This document shows, piece after piece, positions 25,769 to 39,429 of a stretch of DNA of 64,000 bases (its first letter is position 1; every line of letters starts with the position of its first letter). The notes under the pieces were generated by a model, which had not been told where the DNA came from, searched no databases, and worked only from the letters and a program-made list of their open reading frames with translations. The DNA is from the human T2T-CHM13v2.0 reference genome, Homo sapiens, in assembly GCF_009914755.1 (NCBI RefSeq), contig NC_060926.1; one strand, given 5' to 3'. The translations under genes were made by a program, and so were the position numbers.

Positions 25769-26184
25769 CTGAAGCACAACCTAAGAGCACCAAGTGCTCC
25801 TACATCTGAAATTCAGAAAATGAATAGTGGTGAAGATTTGCAACTATATTTTAGCAAAGGAAGGTGCATTTAGTTGACCAAGTTCTGTCTTTTGGATTTG
25901 TTTTCCAGCTTCCCAATTAGGACTAGCTGATCTGAGAATTAAAGATTAATTTTTAAAAAGGAAGAAAGACATAAGGATAAATTTTAAGCTCAACTCAATG
26001 CATACATCCCTTCTATCATTCATGTATTATGAAAACCTTGTGTGAAACTTCTAAGTGCTAAGATTGGGGATAAACAAAGAATAAGACAAATTTGGCTTCT
26101 TCTCTTTGATGCTTCCTTAACTAGCAGTCATCTCAGTTCATCTTGAGTTCTTTGCCCCCTAGGGAACTTGCTTATTCAATTGTA

Positions 26185-26385
26185 ATATAAATGTCAGACA
26201 CTGTCCTAAGTGATTTGCATATACTATCTAATCCACAAACAATACAGAGGTTGCTCTTATAGTACATGAGTTACACATGTGTAGAGATGTTCCAGGATCT
26301 GTCCAAATTTATGCAGCCAGAAAGAGCTAGAAACAGGATCTTAATCTAGAGCCACCTCACTTAAAAACCCATGCTTTTATCATCT
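26185..26385 (-). mobile_element. MIR SINE
   Basis: 'gtcagacactgtcctaagtgatttgcatatactatctaatcc...aaaacccatgctttt'. Confidence 0.55.
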
Positions 26386-26527
26386 CGTTCTCTTTTTTGG
26401 ATAAATGTAATTGCTCAGAATTCTGAAATTTTACTCTGACCTTCTGTCAAGTGCGTAGGATATTTGGACTACTGCAACATCAATGGGATTCTCCACCATG
26501 AGAAATTTTCAGATATTAGAAAATAGC

Positions 26528-26855
<328 letters not shown>

Positions 26856-27169
26856 TCACTCCAGATGTCAATCATCTTGGCCATTTGTCTCTGGTTTTAT
26901 ACTCGGTGACCAATGCCCATCTTGAGTTTTATCACTGAGTACTGGACATATCTTATCAGGACTAGTGGTTTACTAAGTGCTTTCTAATATTGTACTATTT
27001 GATACTCATAAAACATCTGTAGAAGGTATCAGGTTTCTGCCTTCAAGTCCAGCATGCTGAAAGAGATGGTCGGGTACAACCACTGGATTTCATGGAACCA
27101 AGTGGACCATGGATTGATATTTTTATCATGTTCCAGCAAACTGAGTCATATCATTTCATGCATCAATAT

Positions 27170-27415
27170 GTAAATGAAACGCAACACTATTAAGAAAAAC
27201 AAGGAGATCATTATAAAATCAAGGACATCTTATACCTTTGGAAAGGAGAACGGGAAGGGAAGGATGGGAGCTTCTGAGAGGCTGGAAACACTCAATGTGG
27301 TGGTGGCTTACATGGGTGTTTGTTTTACCACCACCCTTACACAATTTTGCACTTTTCTGGTTGTATGTTCAGTTATTCAGGAAAAGAGAACTTGTTCTAA
27401 TGCTTTGTAAAAAAA
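27170..27415 (+). mobile_element. Old L1 (L1ME-like) 3' UTR fragment
   Basis: 'ggagcttctgagaggctggaaa...gtggtggcttacatgggtgttt...ttttgcacttttct'. Confidence 0.5.
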
Positions 27416-28101
27416 AGGAACTATGCTTTTTGGCACATTTTGGAATAAATGGTACCTTTCTTTTTCTTTCTTTAGCTCATATTCATAACTTTTAATTGAC
27501 CACAAATAAGTTAAATATAATTCATCAAAAAAAGCTCTAATATACTCAAGATAATGCTGTGATATAAATGCTCAAAAGGAAAAAGATTTCTCTTTTTTCA
27601 CTTTATTTATGCCATGAAAAGGTATTTTTTTAACTCAAAATCACATCAATAGTAATGATGGTCCTAATGACAGCTCCCAAACATATAAACCAATATGCCA
27701 ACATTCTCATTTGATTCTTAGTCAAGCATCCTGGCTCACAGAGAGTTCTTTCAAGGAGTAGCTTAATGAAGTCCTAACGCTGGCCTGAAGAAGAAAGCAA
27801 AGAGAAAACTCAGGCCCGCTGTCATTTCCTAAAGCTACTTTTAAAATCAGGCTATCAATTAAACTAAGCAAAAGCTTCAGAAATTCAGAGAGAATGTTCT
27901 GAATAAATGGTTATTTTGCAGTGACTAAAATGGCAGTAGTCACTTTGGTTAATCAGTAACATATACTCAAGAACAGGATCAGAAAAAATAAAATAGAAGG
28001 GCCTTATTTTAAAAATCATGTGGATACTATTCTATTATCTCTCAAGGAATAAAAATAGCATTTTTATTAGCTTTAAAAAGCATAAGCAAAAGTAATCCAT
28101 T

Positions 28102-28168
28102 ACTTTTCCAAGTCAGTTGCAGACTGTTTCTCTTAATTGACTTTTTCAAGTCAATTGCAGACTGTTTC
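28102..28168. repeat. 29-bp direct duplication (period 38)
   Basis: acttttccaagtcagttgcagactgtttc / actttttcaagtcaattgcagactgtttc, 2 mismatches. Confidence 0.9.
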
Positions 28169-28874
28169 CTACTCTATCTGCATCCCCACAACCTTTTCTC
28201 AATTCTGCCTGCAATTATAGCCTTTCACATCAACAGCCTGGCCTGTGGATCCAAAATACCAAAGCAAGGCTCTGAATTTTTATATATATATAACATCTAG
28301 GTATGTGCCAATTTGCACAGATAATTTAGCAGTTAAAATTGTGCGATTCCAAATGTTTTAGGTTTTAATTCATATTTAGAATCCAAGAAGATAGTTACAC
28401 ACACACAAACACACACACGAGACACACCCACATTATTACTATATATCTTCAGCCAGAGAACCTCACATTCAAGTTATAGATCATCAGTCCCTAGTAACCT
28501 CAGTAATAGCAAACCTGCAGGAAGAGTTTGTGTGATAAGACATCTATGGACAATTTGTACTTCTTTATGGATAGCTTAGATAGGCTTCAAATAGTACATG
28601 TTCTAAATCCGGTGTTAAACCAAAACATAACATTTTAATACTATTTAGCATAATCACTTGGTTGTATGTATGGAATAGACACTGTAGTTTGTGCAAAAAG
28701 AATATGCATTGTGTAAAGAAACAATAAAACTATTATACTAACGTCTTAATTTTTTTAAACATATAACTAAACGGTAAGACATTACAAGGTGCAAACTGCA
28801 ATTATACTTCACCAACAACATACAATATAATAAATAGATGCATCTGTAGCTGTCCTCAGTGCCATTTATTAATC

Positions 28875-28922
28875 ATTAAATAGCATCAGTATTAAATAAC
28901 ATCAGTATTAAATAACATCAGT
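28875..28922. repeat. 16-bp tandem repeat x3
   Basis: (attaaata[g/a]catcagt)3 seen directly. Confidence 0.9.
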
Positions 28923-31900
28923 GCCTGTAACCTCTGAACATTCATTTCTCCACCTTACCCATATGGATAGTTTTATTTATTTATTTTTTGTAGAGATGGC
29001 TTTCATGAAACATATTTCATCTTCCTTTATAAGCTAAGAATGTTGCCTTTTCAGATCTTGAAGCAATTTGCAAATGCACATTGCAACATGCCTGCATTGG
29101 ATGCTGCTATTGGAATACTGAAGAATAGAATGAAAAACAATACTTCCAGTAAGAACCCTCAAGGAAGAGGGGTTCCATGAGTTAGTTTTGAGATTTTCAG
29201 CTACATTTCAAAAGAATTTTGTGTTTTCTGCCCAAATTGCCAGAGCGTGTTTGATTTGGGGTATACCAAAGGACCGCTACCTCGGCTTTCTTGGTTGTTT
29301 GCTTTTAGCATTAAAAACAACTTAGTTAACCTTCTGCGTTTTAGGAGCAGCAAAACACAATATATGCTTTCACGTTTAACAGAGGCTCAGAAATAATAGT
29401 AGTATCAATGAGTCAGGCTGGCTTTCTGTTGATTGATGGCCTTACTTACAGAAGAAAATGAGTGGATGTGGTGCAAAGCACTTTATTAATCATTTTTAAA
29501 CTCCGAGTTTCTGAATGGCACTCTTTCATTATCCTCCTAAATGAAATCAACCAGAGTACCTTATTTGCCTATATATCTTAAAATTAAGAAAAAAGTTAAT
29601 ACCCTACATTCATATCAGATGATTCTTCGGCAGTTAAAAGAAAAAAAAAAAGTGGTGTGCTGGATTTACTTCTGTTAACGAGCCCAGCCATTAACAAACC
29701 ACAGAAGCAAGGTCTCCTCTCATTTCTTCTCATTGTTGGTGACTTACTGCCAGATGATAATCAACAAGTGTCTCTTTCTACAGCCAATCAATCAGTCAAT
29801 CAGAGCTTTTATTAAATAATTATAATGTCTTTAACATGACATTAAACTCTAAAAAAAATACCGTGGAATGTCCGAACTATAGTCGTTGAAGATATTCACA
29901 AAACGAAGGTAAACATGTCTCCGGAATGCTCCAATGCTGTTTTGATTTCTGGGTTTTCCATAATAAAAACATTAATAAAGAGCTGTGTTGTTATGCCTTA
30001 GGACTCATCAGCCTACTTTCATGAAAAAGTACAGAGGACATGATCCTCACAGTCTTACAGAGACACAGGCGTCAACCAAAAAGGAAAACAATTTTTAGTT
30101 CTAAGTTTAGTGAATTTACTAAACTAGGCTGTTTATAGTTTCCAAGCTTGGCTATAGAATGATATTTAGCCTTTGGATAGTGGATGGTCCCACGTGCCTG
30201 ATGCGTATTAGACATTCATATGACTTATATAGGAAAAAAATAATAAAATGCGGAATATAGAGAAAATAAATTTGAACAAAACAAATAATCTTACACTGAA
30301 TACTCCCACCTATATTCTCTTCACTAGTGAAAAAGAAAAAAAAAAAAAACAAAAAAACTCCAAGAGAGTGAAGGTAAAAATTACAGAAAGGAAAAATTAA
30401 AGTGGAAACAAAAAATGTTTGCCAAAGGGAAACACACTTCAGATAAAAATAAACAAAATTCTCTTTGCATTTTTGTACTCATAATTTTTCCACTGGGTAC
30501 ATTTGCACAGTTGGAATTAGAAAAAAAAAAAAAAAAACAGCAAATTTCCCACTAGCACATTTGTTAGAAGAGGAAAAAAGGAAAAAAGCCCCGTAGGTCA
30601 AGTCTCACAGAGAGAATGCCAAATGTCTTTGTGTCCAGTTATTTATGGTTTCAGATAATTGTACAGAAAATATCAAATTTGCATAGTGTGATTATTGCTG
30701 ATTATTTATCTAGCAGTCAAAATGTTTCAGTGGTTCCTAGGATGACAGATTGACAAGTCCTTAAAACTCATTCATTTTATGAAATTTGCATGTAATTAGG
30801 CAATAATGAAGGGATGTTTGTGGACAGAGGATTATACTACAATATGCTGGAAGCAATTCAAATGCTTGACAAAGTGTTAACATTATCTTCAGATTCAACT
30901 AAGCCTTAAATGCTTGGCTAAAAATCACTAAATGCATGAATTGAGTAAAGAAGATTTAGAAAATTATCAATGGAGTAAAATGTGTTTTTTTTCCCACTCT
31001 TTAAAGCACATTCACTCACTAGACTTAACTATATTGGGGAGTATTGTTGAATTCAAATGAGTCAGTAATGGTCTAAGATTTGAAGAGTAAAGGTGGGGAG
31101 AAAGGCCAAGATGGTGATGTGAAAAGGGCCATCTCAGGTGTCCACCAATCCTGTCTACGAATTGAGCTAAGCCCCTCTCAAGGTGGTGACCTTGGACAGA
31201 TTATGCCTGAAACTCAGTGCTTCTGCACACCATGGTGTGTAGATTTGAGACAGTAGTCTATTTCCTCAAGTCTGAAAAACAGTTTTTCCTCCCACTTCTA
31301 ATGGCTTTTAAAGCCTGGACGTTTCCTGCAATTGAGGTTTTCATGTAAAGTAATAACGTTTCTTTTCTCCCCCAGAAAAAAAAAGTTACATATTTCAATT
31401 CATAGCATCTTAAAATTAAAGAATTATAGTGACAAGCACAATGCCAGATGATATAAAGACAGTCACAAAAAAAAAAATGATACCTATTATTATGTGGTCT
31501 TCCAGCTGAAATCCTACACCATTGCTTTTCCAGGGTTGAGATGGACATTATAAAATCTGCATTTGAAAGTTATAGATTGTCTCTGATCTGCACACAGAAA
31601 CGTCTTTTCAAGTAATTGATGTGTATTATGTAAAACGCTTCCTTTCAAAACCAGACTACCTGAAGTATTGGATTATTATAGTAATTTAAATCAATGAAAA
31701 TCTTAACAAAGGTTTATGGAGAGTTATAAGAGGAATAAAAGTTATTTCTTTTGACTGCGGGATCCATAATTTATACCTTGATTTGAGAAGATAGGTGCTT
31801 ATTACTTTGTGATTTTACTAAGGATTTTTAATAGTGTTTTGGGGGTACTGAGTGTGGGAGAAGACAACCACATTTTAAAACAAAATATCCAACTAATTTT

Positions 31901-32239
31901 CTGTGCATAGACTGTAGAAAGCCTTGAATTTCATTCCAAAATGTGTAAACCTAGTCGGTAGACAATGAGGAAGCCAACAGGTGTTTTCCATCAGGAAATT
32001 CACCCAATCAACCACACAGACAAAGAGCTTTTAAAATCTAAGAACTCCTCAAAAACCATCCATTTATATATTTTTGCATCTCATGCTGTAACTCATTAGT
32101 CAAAGTAGGTAAATTTTAGACATTACACTTCAATATTGAAGTCATACCAAAATGCTGAAAAGAGTAAAGACATCTCAATCTTTGGTAGACTCTCATAGGA
32201 TTCTTTCACTGAGATGGTTAAATTGAAAGTTGGTGAGTC

Positions 32240-32621
32240 ATGGTAAGCTAATAGCTATAAACAACATCCCCACCCCCCAGTATCATATAATTAGTGTCAT
32301 AAAGCTCAAAGTGGGTTGGTAGCAGAGCTCTGCTCTATGCAGATACTCATGAAGTCAAGTGCCTTCAAACAAATGGTCCCACAATTTTCAGGGCCTCTGA
32401 GTCCTGCACCAGACCCATTGCAACCAGTCAGAAGTCAAGACAGACAGAGAGCTGGAGGGTGGGGTGGAAAGTATTTTTGAAGTTCAGGCTGGGCAGTGAT
32501 GGCCCAGGTCCACTCCATGCACTGAATCTAGTCATAGTGATGCTGAAAAGGTGACCTAGCTGTGTGCCAAGAAGAAAAAGGACATAGAATTTGGCATACA
32601 CATAGCTTTGTGTCTGCAACA
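32240..32621 (-). mobile_element. Old MLT1 (J/K-like) MaLR LTR
   Basis: Ends 'ctagctgtgtgccaagaagaaaaagga...atttggcatacacatagctttgtgtctgcaaca'. Confidence 0.6.
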
Positions 32622-32699
32622 TATTGCCTGGTTATTGCTAATAGCTGACCATTGTTTGATTATTCTGTTAATCAGCTGCTATCTCTTTGAAGCAAAGTT

Positions 32700-34030
32700 T
32701 CTCCAAAGACTCCTCTATAGTGATATCTTTAGCCTTTCTCTTCTTATTTTCTCTTAAATTTAACTCTGTTTGGCCTATATCAACAAAGCTGTTCTCATCA
32801 AGGTCATCAGTGACCTCCACCTTCAAAAACATGATAGTTATTCTTCAGTTCTCATTGTACTGGACCTGCCAGCAGGCTCTGCCTGAGAATATTATCCTTA
32901 CTTGGCTTCCAGGACATGACTCTCTCCTTGTTTTATTTCCCCTATCTCACTGTTTGCTGCTTCTCAATTTTCTTTGCTGGTTCCTTATTCTTTATTCAAC
33001 CTCTAAAAGTTGGACTGTTGTTCTTCCTACATTTGTGTCCACATTATATATTTAGCTCAGATGTCTCTCTGAAACTCCAGATCCATATATCCAATCAGCT
33101 ACTCGGCTTTTCCACCTGAGTTACTAATAGACCTGTTAAACTTAACATGCTTAAACTGAGCTCTAATTTACTGTGCCAAACTCCTTGTCCTCCATCAGTG
33201 GCAAGACCATCTTTCTACCCGCATATATATTGAAAACAAACAAACAATCAAAAACCCTTGATTCCTCTTGCTTTTAGCTCCACGACGATCTTGGTGGTGG
33301 ATGCTTTAGGCTCTGCTTTTAGACTCTTTCTGGAATCTGACCACCCCCACTCATCTAAGCCATCAGCACCTCTGTCCAGGATGACTGTGGCAGCTCCCAG
33401 CTGTTCTTCAGTACACATCCTTCCTCCAAGTGGCCACAGTGATCTCCTAAAAATTCAAGTTAGATATTTCACTCATTTACTTAACACCTCTATTTCCCAT
33501 CTTCCTCTGATGTGAGACCAAAGCCCTTCCCATCACTTAAACCCCTTCATCATCTGGCCCCTATTCCCTCTCTGGCCTCCCTTTCTTCTGCTTCCCCCAC
33601 TAGTGCTTCTGCTTCAGCCATACAGGCCTCCAAATACTCCCTCAAACATTTCAAGGCTGCCACTCCCCCTCCACAACTCCTCAACATTTAGCACTTTTTG
33701 TATCCTCGGCCTAAGATCATCATCCCAAAATTTCCTTACGGTTCATTCTTTCACTTCCTGAGGTCTTCTCAGTGAGGGCTTCTTTGACAATCTATGTTAT
33801 ATTGCAAATGACACTACCTACCCTCCACCTCAGCACTCTCAATCTCCTTCCCTCACTCTTCTCTTTGTCCTATCACTCTCAAATATCCCACATATTTTAT
33901 TGGTTTATGTTGGTTATGATCTCTTTCTTCCAAATGTTGTTTTGGTTAGTGTGAATCCCCAGTGCCTAGAAGTATGCCTGACATGATAGGCACTTCATAA
34001 ATATTTAATGAAAAAGTGAATGAATGAATT
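32700..34030 (+). mobile_element. L2 (L2a-like) LINE, ~1.3-kb 3' portion
   Basis: 'tcatcaaggtcatcagtgacctcca', 'aactccagatccatatatccaatcagctact' and terminal 'cccagtgcctagaa...tgaatgaatgaat'. Confidence 0.85.
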
Positions 34031-34709
34031 TCCCCAGCTGGTGTCAGGACCAACTTAAAAAAGAAATTAAGAACAGCCTATCTCTAAATCAGAGCATTTC
34101 TAGAGAAAAAGAATTCAGTGAAAGGACTGAAATCGCTAATGGAGCCTGTCAGCAATGAAAATGCCAGAGTGGGAGATAATGATCGTATGTGGTACGTGTA
34201 CAATCTAAGAATAGGATCTGTATCCTTAAAGTCATTAACTCCATAATTGACTCAACTTCCCTACCAGAATAAGAGAGAAGACCCTTGCATGGGATTCCAG
34301 GAGCATGGATTTGGTGTGAGCATAGATGGACCCGGCCTGTGAGGTTGGGGCATGGAGAACAGGATATATAGAAAAAATACAGTTTCCTAGGCCACACCCA
34401 GTAAGTCAGGACAGACTGTCAAATCCGGGTCAGGAAAGGTAGAATAAGAGAGAATCCACAGGAAGAACAAAATGTGAATTCAAAAGTCATCCTTTGAAGC
34501 AATAGTTATAGCAAATGATGGGAGCAATTTATAGGGCATCTGTGGTGTCACCTGCAAGTGCATAAGGAGCTTTAGGCAGCTGCTTTGTTCAGACAATAAG
34601 TATATTCATATGCAAATCAGAGCAAAAATCAATGTCCATTGTTGGGGAAGAGGTACTGGTGAAACTCACATCCATAGACTGCTGGTGGAACAACAGGGGC
34701 AGTATTTTT

Positions 34710-35008
34710 TTTTTTTTTTTTTTTTTTTGAGACGGAGTCTCGCTCTGTCACCCAAGTTGGAGTGCAGTGGCGCAATCTCGGCTCACTGCAAGCTCCGCCT
34801 GCCGGTTCACGCCATTATCCTGCCTCAGCCTCCCGAGTAGCTGGGACTACAGGCGCCCGCCACCATGCCCAGCTAATTTTTTGTATTTTTAGTAGAGACG
34901 GGGTTTCACTGTGTTAGCCAGCATGGTCTCGATCGCCTGACCTCATGATCCACCCACCTCAGCCTCCCAAAGTGCTGAGATTACAGGCGTGAGCCACCGC
35001 CCCTGGCC
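34710..35008 (-). mobile_element. AluY SINE
   Basis: AluY diagnostics (gcaagctcc, ttcacgcca, gttagcca); TSD (g/a)gggcagtattttt. Confidence 0.95.
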
Positions 35009-35252
35009 AGGGCAGTATTTTTACAAGGAAAAATAGTAATGTATAAAGTTATAAAAGTCATATCTTTCATGTAGGTCATACCATAACTTGGAATTTATTC
35101 TATGAAAAAATAATTAAACAAAAGAAAATAATTACATGCTCTAAAACACATTGTTGCAGTGTCTGTCAAAACCAGAAATTTGATACACCTACAAGTTCAT
35201 CAACAGATATTATGCTGCCTTTAAAATGATAAGTTGCAAAGACTATGTAAGA

Positions 35253-35820
35253 CAGTAGATAGCAGATCTTTTCTATAAAGGGCCAGAGAAAAAATATTTT
35301 AGGCTTTGAAGGCCATAAGGGAGTCATAGATGATATATAAACAAATGGGCATGGTTGTTGTATCAGCCTGGTAGGGCTGACTTAATAGATAACATAAGCT
35401 GAGTGGCTTACACAACAGAAATTTATTTTCTCACAATTCTACAAGCTGGAAATCCAACATCAAGGTATTGACCAATCTAGTGTCTTCTGAGGCCTCTCTT
35501 CTTGGCTTGCAGATGGCTGCCTTCTTGCCATGTCTTCACATGCCCTCCTTCTGTGTGCACACTCCTGGCATCTCGCTCTCTTCTTATGAGGACATCAATT
35601 CTATTGGATCAGGTCCTATCCTTGTGGCTTCATTCAGCTTGAATAATCTCTTTAAAGGCCCTGTGTCTAAATACAGTCTTACTGTGGGTTAGGGTGTTCA
35701 CACACGAATTTTAAGGAGGCATAATTCTGTACATAATAGCTGTGTTCTAATAAAACCTTAATTTCAAAAATAGGCAAGGGGTTCTATTTGATCCATGGGC
35801 CATCATTTGCTGACACCTGA
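35253..35820 (+). mobile_element. MER58A-like DNA transposon split by an MLT1A LTR
   Basis: 'ttttctataaagggccaga...aatattttaggctttg' resumes as 'tgtgttctaataaaacctt...tttgctgacacctg' after the LTR. Confidence 0.75.
35359..35738 (-). mobile_element. MLT1A-like MaLR solo LTR
   Basis: 'gtggcttacacaacagaaatttattttctcacaattct...tcttctgaggcctctcttcttggcttgcagatggctgcc'; 5-bp TSD gttgt/gctgt. Confidence 0.85.
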
Positions 35821-36064
35821 TTCAGAAGCATGGTACATATACCTAATATATGAATCGCAATATTAAATTATTTTGAAAGCACAACATGTAACTGTACATG
35901 CCAAGATTACAGTTATAAAAATATCAATATGCCCATAGGCATCTGGTCTGGTAATGTTTCCTTTTGTTCATTGTGTTTATTATTAATACTGCTACATTGG
36001 TAACAGGAAAAAGGTGGAGAGGATGAGGAAAAATGAAGAGAAGGAAGAAAATACTGGGAGTAAA

Positions 36065-36290
36065 AGCAAGCATTTAGTGTGCTTTTCCTCTAAGTCAGGT
36101 CCTCTGCTGAACGCTTTCTAGCCACTCGTGCACTAACTTCTCACAACAGAGTCAAGTCTTGTTTCCAAACCACTTCACAGATACGAAAACTGAGGCTGAG
36201 TAAGTTAAGTGAATCACCCAGGGTCTAACAGCTCATCTGAGACCCAGGTTTGTCTAACTCCAGAATCTAAAGTCTTAACCACGGTTGCTC
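36065..36290 (-). mobile_element. MIR SINE
   Basis: 'ttcacagatacgaaaactgaggctgagtaagttaagtgaatcacccaggg'. Confidence 0.75.
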
Positions 36291-36436
36291 TCAACTTCTT
36301 TGATTATCCACAGTTTTTATACTAAGAAAATATGATTAAAGAATTATATTCATTTGCAAATAGTATACATTGAATACAAATTAGACAAGCACCTTATGTA
36401 GCTACAAACACAGTAGGATAGCGTTGTTTTGAAAGG

Positions 36437-36516
36437 TAATAGATGAACCATACGAAATTCACTTTATTATAAGTACAAAATGTTCAAATATGGAAAATTT
36501 CATATGATTCAACTTA
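36437..36516. mobile_element. MADE2-like mariner-derived miniature inverted-repeat element
   Basis: 80 bp with inverted ends tgaaccatacgaaatt / aatttcatatgattca. Confidence 0.75.
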
Positions 36517-38476
36517 ATTTTCAACTCAAAATCAAGGTAGATCTTGGCTCTGGCATTGGATGCCACTCAGGTGGGCCCACCTCATGAAAGCTTTTCCAAG
36601 GTAAACATTAAGGCCTGCCGCAGCCTGGAGAATCAAATCAGCCCAAACAAGGTACAAAGATTTCCATTTACTGGGCTACAGCAGAGGAGGGTCTTCAAAA
36701 GTATTTACACATTCTTTGCTAGCGATGTGCTTCATGTTTGGGTGCAAAATATAAATAGGCTGAAAAATATTTGTTTATTATTTTAGGAAATTTAGAAGTT
36801 GTGAAAAATGTCAAATTTAACAACCCCTGAGACTGAAACTCTTTATCCATTTGCCTGACTGCATATGGAGTTTGGGAGATTGCACTGCTAACTTCTACCC
36901 TAGGCTTGCCTCTCCAATGAGTTTGAACTCTGAGCAGAAAGGACTGCTTCTCACTACAAGGGAATTCACTGGTCTTAGGATGTTTTTTTTCTTGGTCTCC
37001 GAGCCCAGAAATAGGATTAATGCCAAGTCTATTGGTCAGTGGTCAGAAATTGCCACATGTCAATCACTGAAGAGTTGAAAGACCATCCTCTCACAATTGC
37101 CTAAGTGTTAAGTGGTTCAGAAGCTACTAACCAGTTGAAAAACTGTTAATCAGATAAACTATTAAACAGGAGTCACAGAGGACACTAGCAGAGGAAAGGC
37201 TGCATGGTCATCTGAGAGCTAAGGACCTGGGCCTACCTGTTGATTGTGGTCCATTGGTGCGCTGGGGCCCATAATCATTAAAGACACCCTCCCACAGAAG
37301 CGCTTCCTGGGGCCTGAATGGATACAGCCTCAGTCGGACAGTGAAGAGTTGGAAATAGGCAAAGATTCATGCATTGCTCTAGCATATAAAACCTCTTGTG
37401 GAGTTGGAAATACCTGCTAACCAAAATGGACCATGGGAGAGTTAAAGACATTTCAGACAATTCTCAGAGATACCAGTAGTATTTCTGAGTGTGTGTGAGC
37501 TCTGTTTGTGGTTCAGGATCAATGGAGCTTCCAAAAAATGTTTTCCATAGTACACTTCTCTTCTGGCCTCCTGGTGGGAAAACACAATGTGTGATATCAT
37601 GCCAAGGCACACCATGTATGATTAATCAGATTCTATCAGATTCTCCATGTATTACATCTCATGAAAAAAAAGAAGTTGAGCAGCATCACCGATGAGTCAG
37701 ATATTGAAACTCAGGATGCCCCATTCCAGCTCCTTTGCAGAAATTAGATACTTAGTGTAGCCCATGCCCAGCAGAGAGCCAGCATTCATCTGATGTTTGG
37801 TTTCATTCTTTAAAAAATTAATGCATTAAAAAAGACTGGCTCCAGGCATGTAAAATTAAGCCAAGGCACTCCCCATTTTACCAGGCAAAGGAGGTAATGA
37901 TCTTCTCTATACTCATCTCTCTTCTTCTTAAAGTTTTGCAGCTAATATTCTCTATTACATGTACCCTGGACACTCATTAGAGCCTGAAGCTGCTATTCCA
38001 ACATGTGTGGGTGAGGGCATGAGAGGTGTAGGTGATTTTATTGGATCCCACCCTCCCTATGATTTGATTACCTCATCACTCAAAATTACTTAGCCTATTA
38101 AATTCAGTGCCCGCCATTTCTCCACCTCCTGCCTCACTTCTGTCTCCCTGACCTTCCTTTTCCACTGAAGCTACTTGTTGTTTGTCTTGCTACAATAAAT
38201 AAAACCCACTGAGCTTCCAGGATCTCCACGTACAGACCACATTCTTCATCAAATTACATGCTTACCATCTTCATTAAGGTGGAGGTGGGGAAGGGAAACG
38301 GAAGGTCAACTGCATGCTGTGATTTATTCTTCAATCAAAACCCTTAGAAAGAGCACTCTTATTCACCCTGTAAACCAATTCTTTAAGGAGGTTTCCATGC
38401 CTCTGCCAGTCATGGAATAATTCCCAAATATGCACATTGCAGGAGGCCCCCTCATACTTTATTAGCAAACTAACCA

Positions 38477-38776
<300 letters not shown>

Positions 38777-38855
38777 CTAACCAACTGGTTCATTGATAGT
38801 TTCTATATTCTAACTGTATCTCATTTAAGTGTGAATGCTATTTCTGAACAATCCC

Positions 38856-39300
38856 TGTGTAATGTGGCACATCTGTGCCCAAATCCCTAGAACCTATAAA
38901 TACCATCATTTTTGGAAAAAGGAGTCTTTGGATTAAGTTAAGGATCTTGAGATGAGATCATCATAGATGACTCAGGTGGGACATAAATCCAATGATATGT
39001 CCTTATAAGAAACAGAAGAGATGAAGACACACAAAGAAGAAGGTGCTATAAAGACAGAGGCAGAGACTAGAGTGATTAAGCCACAAGCTAAGGAGGCCAA
39101 GAGGCCAAGGATTGCTGATAACCACCAGAAACTGGAAGGGGCAAGGAAGGATTCTCTTCCAGAACCTTCAGAGGAAGCATGTCCCTGCTGACATCTTGAT
39201 GTTGGACTTTTGGCCTCCAGAACTGTGAAATAATGAATTTTTGCTGTTTTAAGCCATCCGGTTTATGATAATTTTTATGGCAAACCTAGGACTCTAATGT
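38856..39300 (+). mobile_element. MLT1C-like MaLR solo LTR
   Basis: 'attaagttaaggatcttgagatgagatcat...ggcctccagaactgtgaaataatgaattt...ttttaagccatccggttt'. Confidence 0.85.
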
Positions 39301-39429
39301 GCCCACTCTTTCAAATGCTTTTTGGAAATGAACCTTCTTCAATAATTCCACCCCAAATAAGAGAAAATCTAGTGTGATTTATAATGTGATATGGAGGATG
39401 CTTTCTGTAAAGAGGAATCATGTCTGACT

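Larger units (their letters stand above)
34630..35990 (+). mobile_element. Old L1 (L1ME-like) 3' fragment hosting nested insertions
   Basis: Degraded L1 3' sequence resumes after the AluY and after the MER58/MLT1A block. Confidence 0.5.

Noticed and set aside
28875-28922. Short direct repeats as a possible CRISPR-like array
   Set aside because: Three abutting 16-mers with no spacers in a primate genome; a simple slippage minisatellite.
29055-29148. Plus-strand candidate exon (ccttttcag|ATC...CCA|gtaaga) reading ILKQFANAHCNMPALDAAIGILKNRMKNNTS
   Set aside because: Isolated, with a weak donor and no recognisable protein family; not supportable without transcript data.
32687-33515. ORFs of 122, 67 and 85 aa
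   Set aside because: Inside a degraded L2 element.
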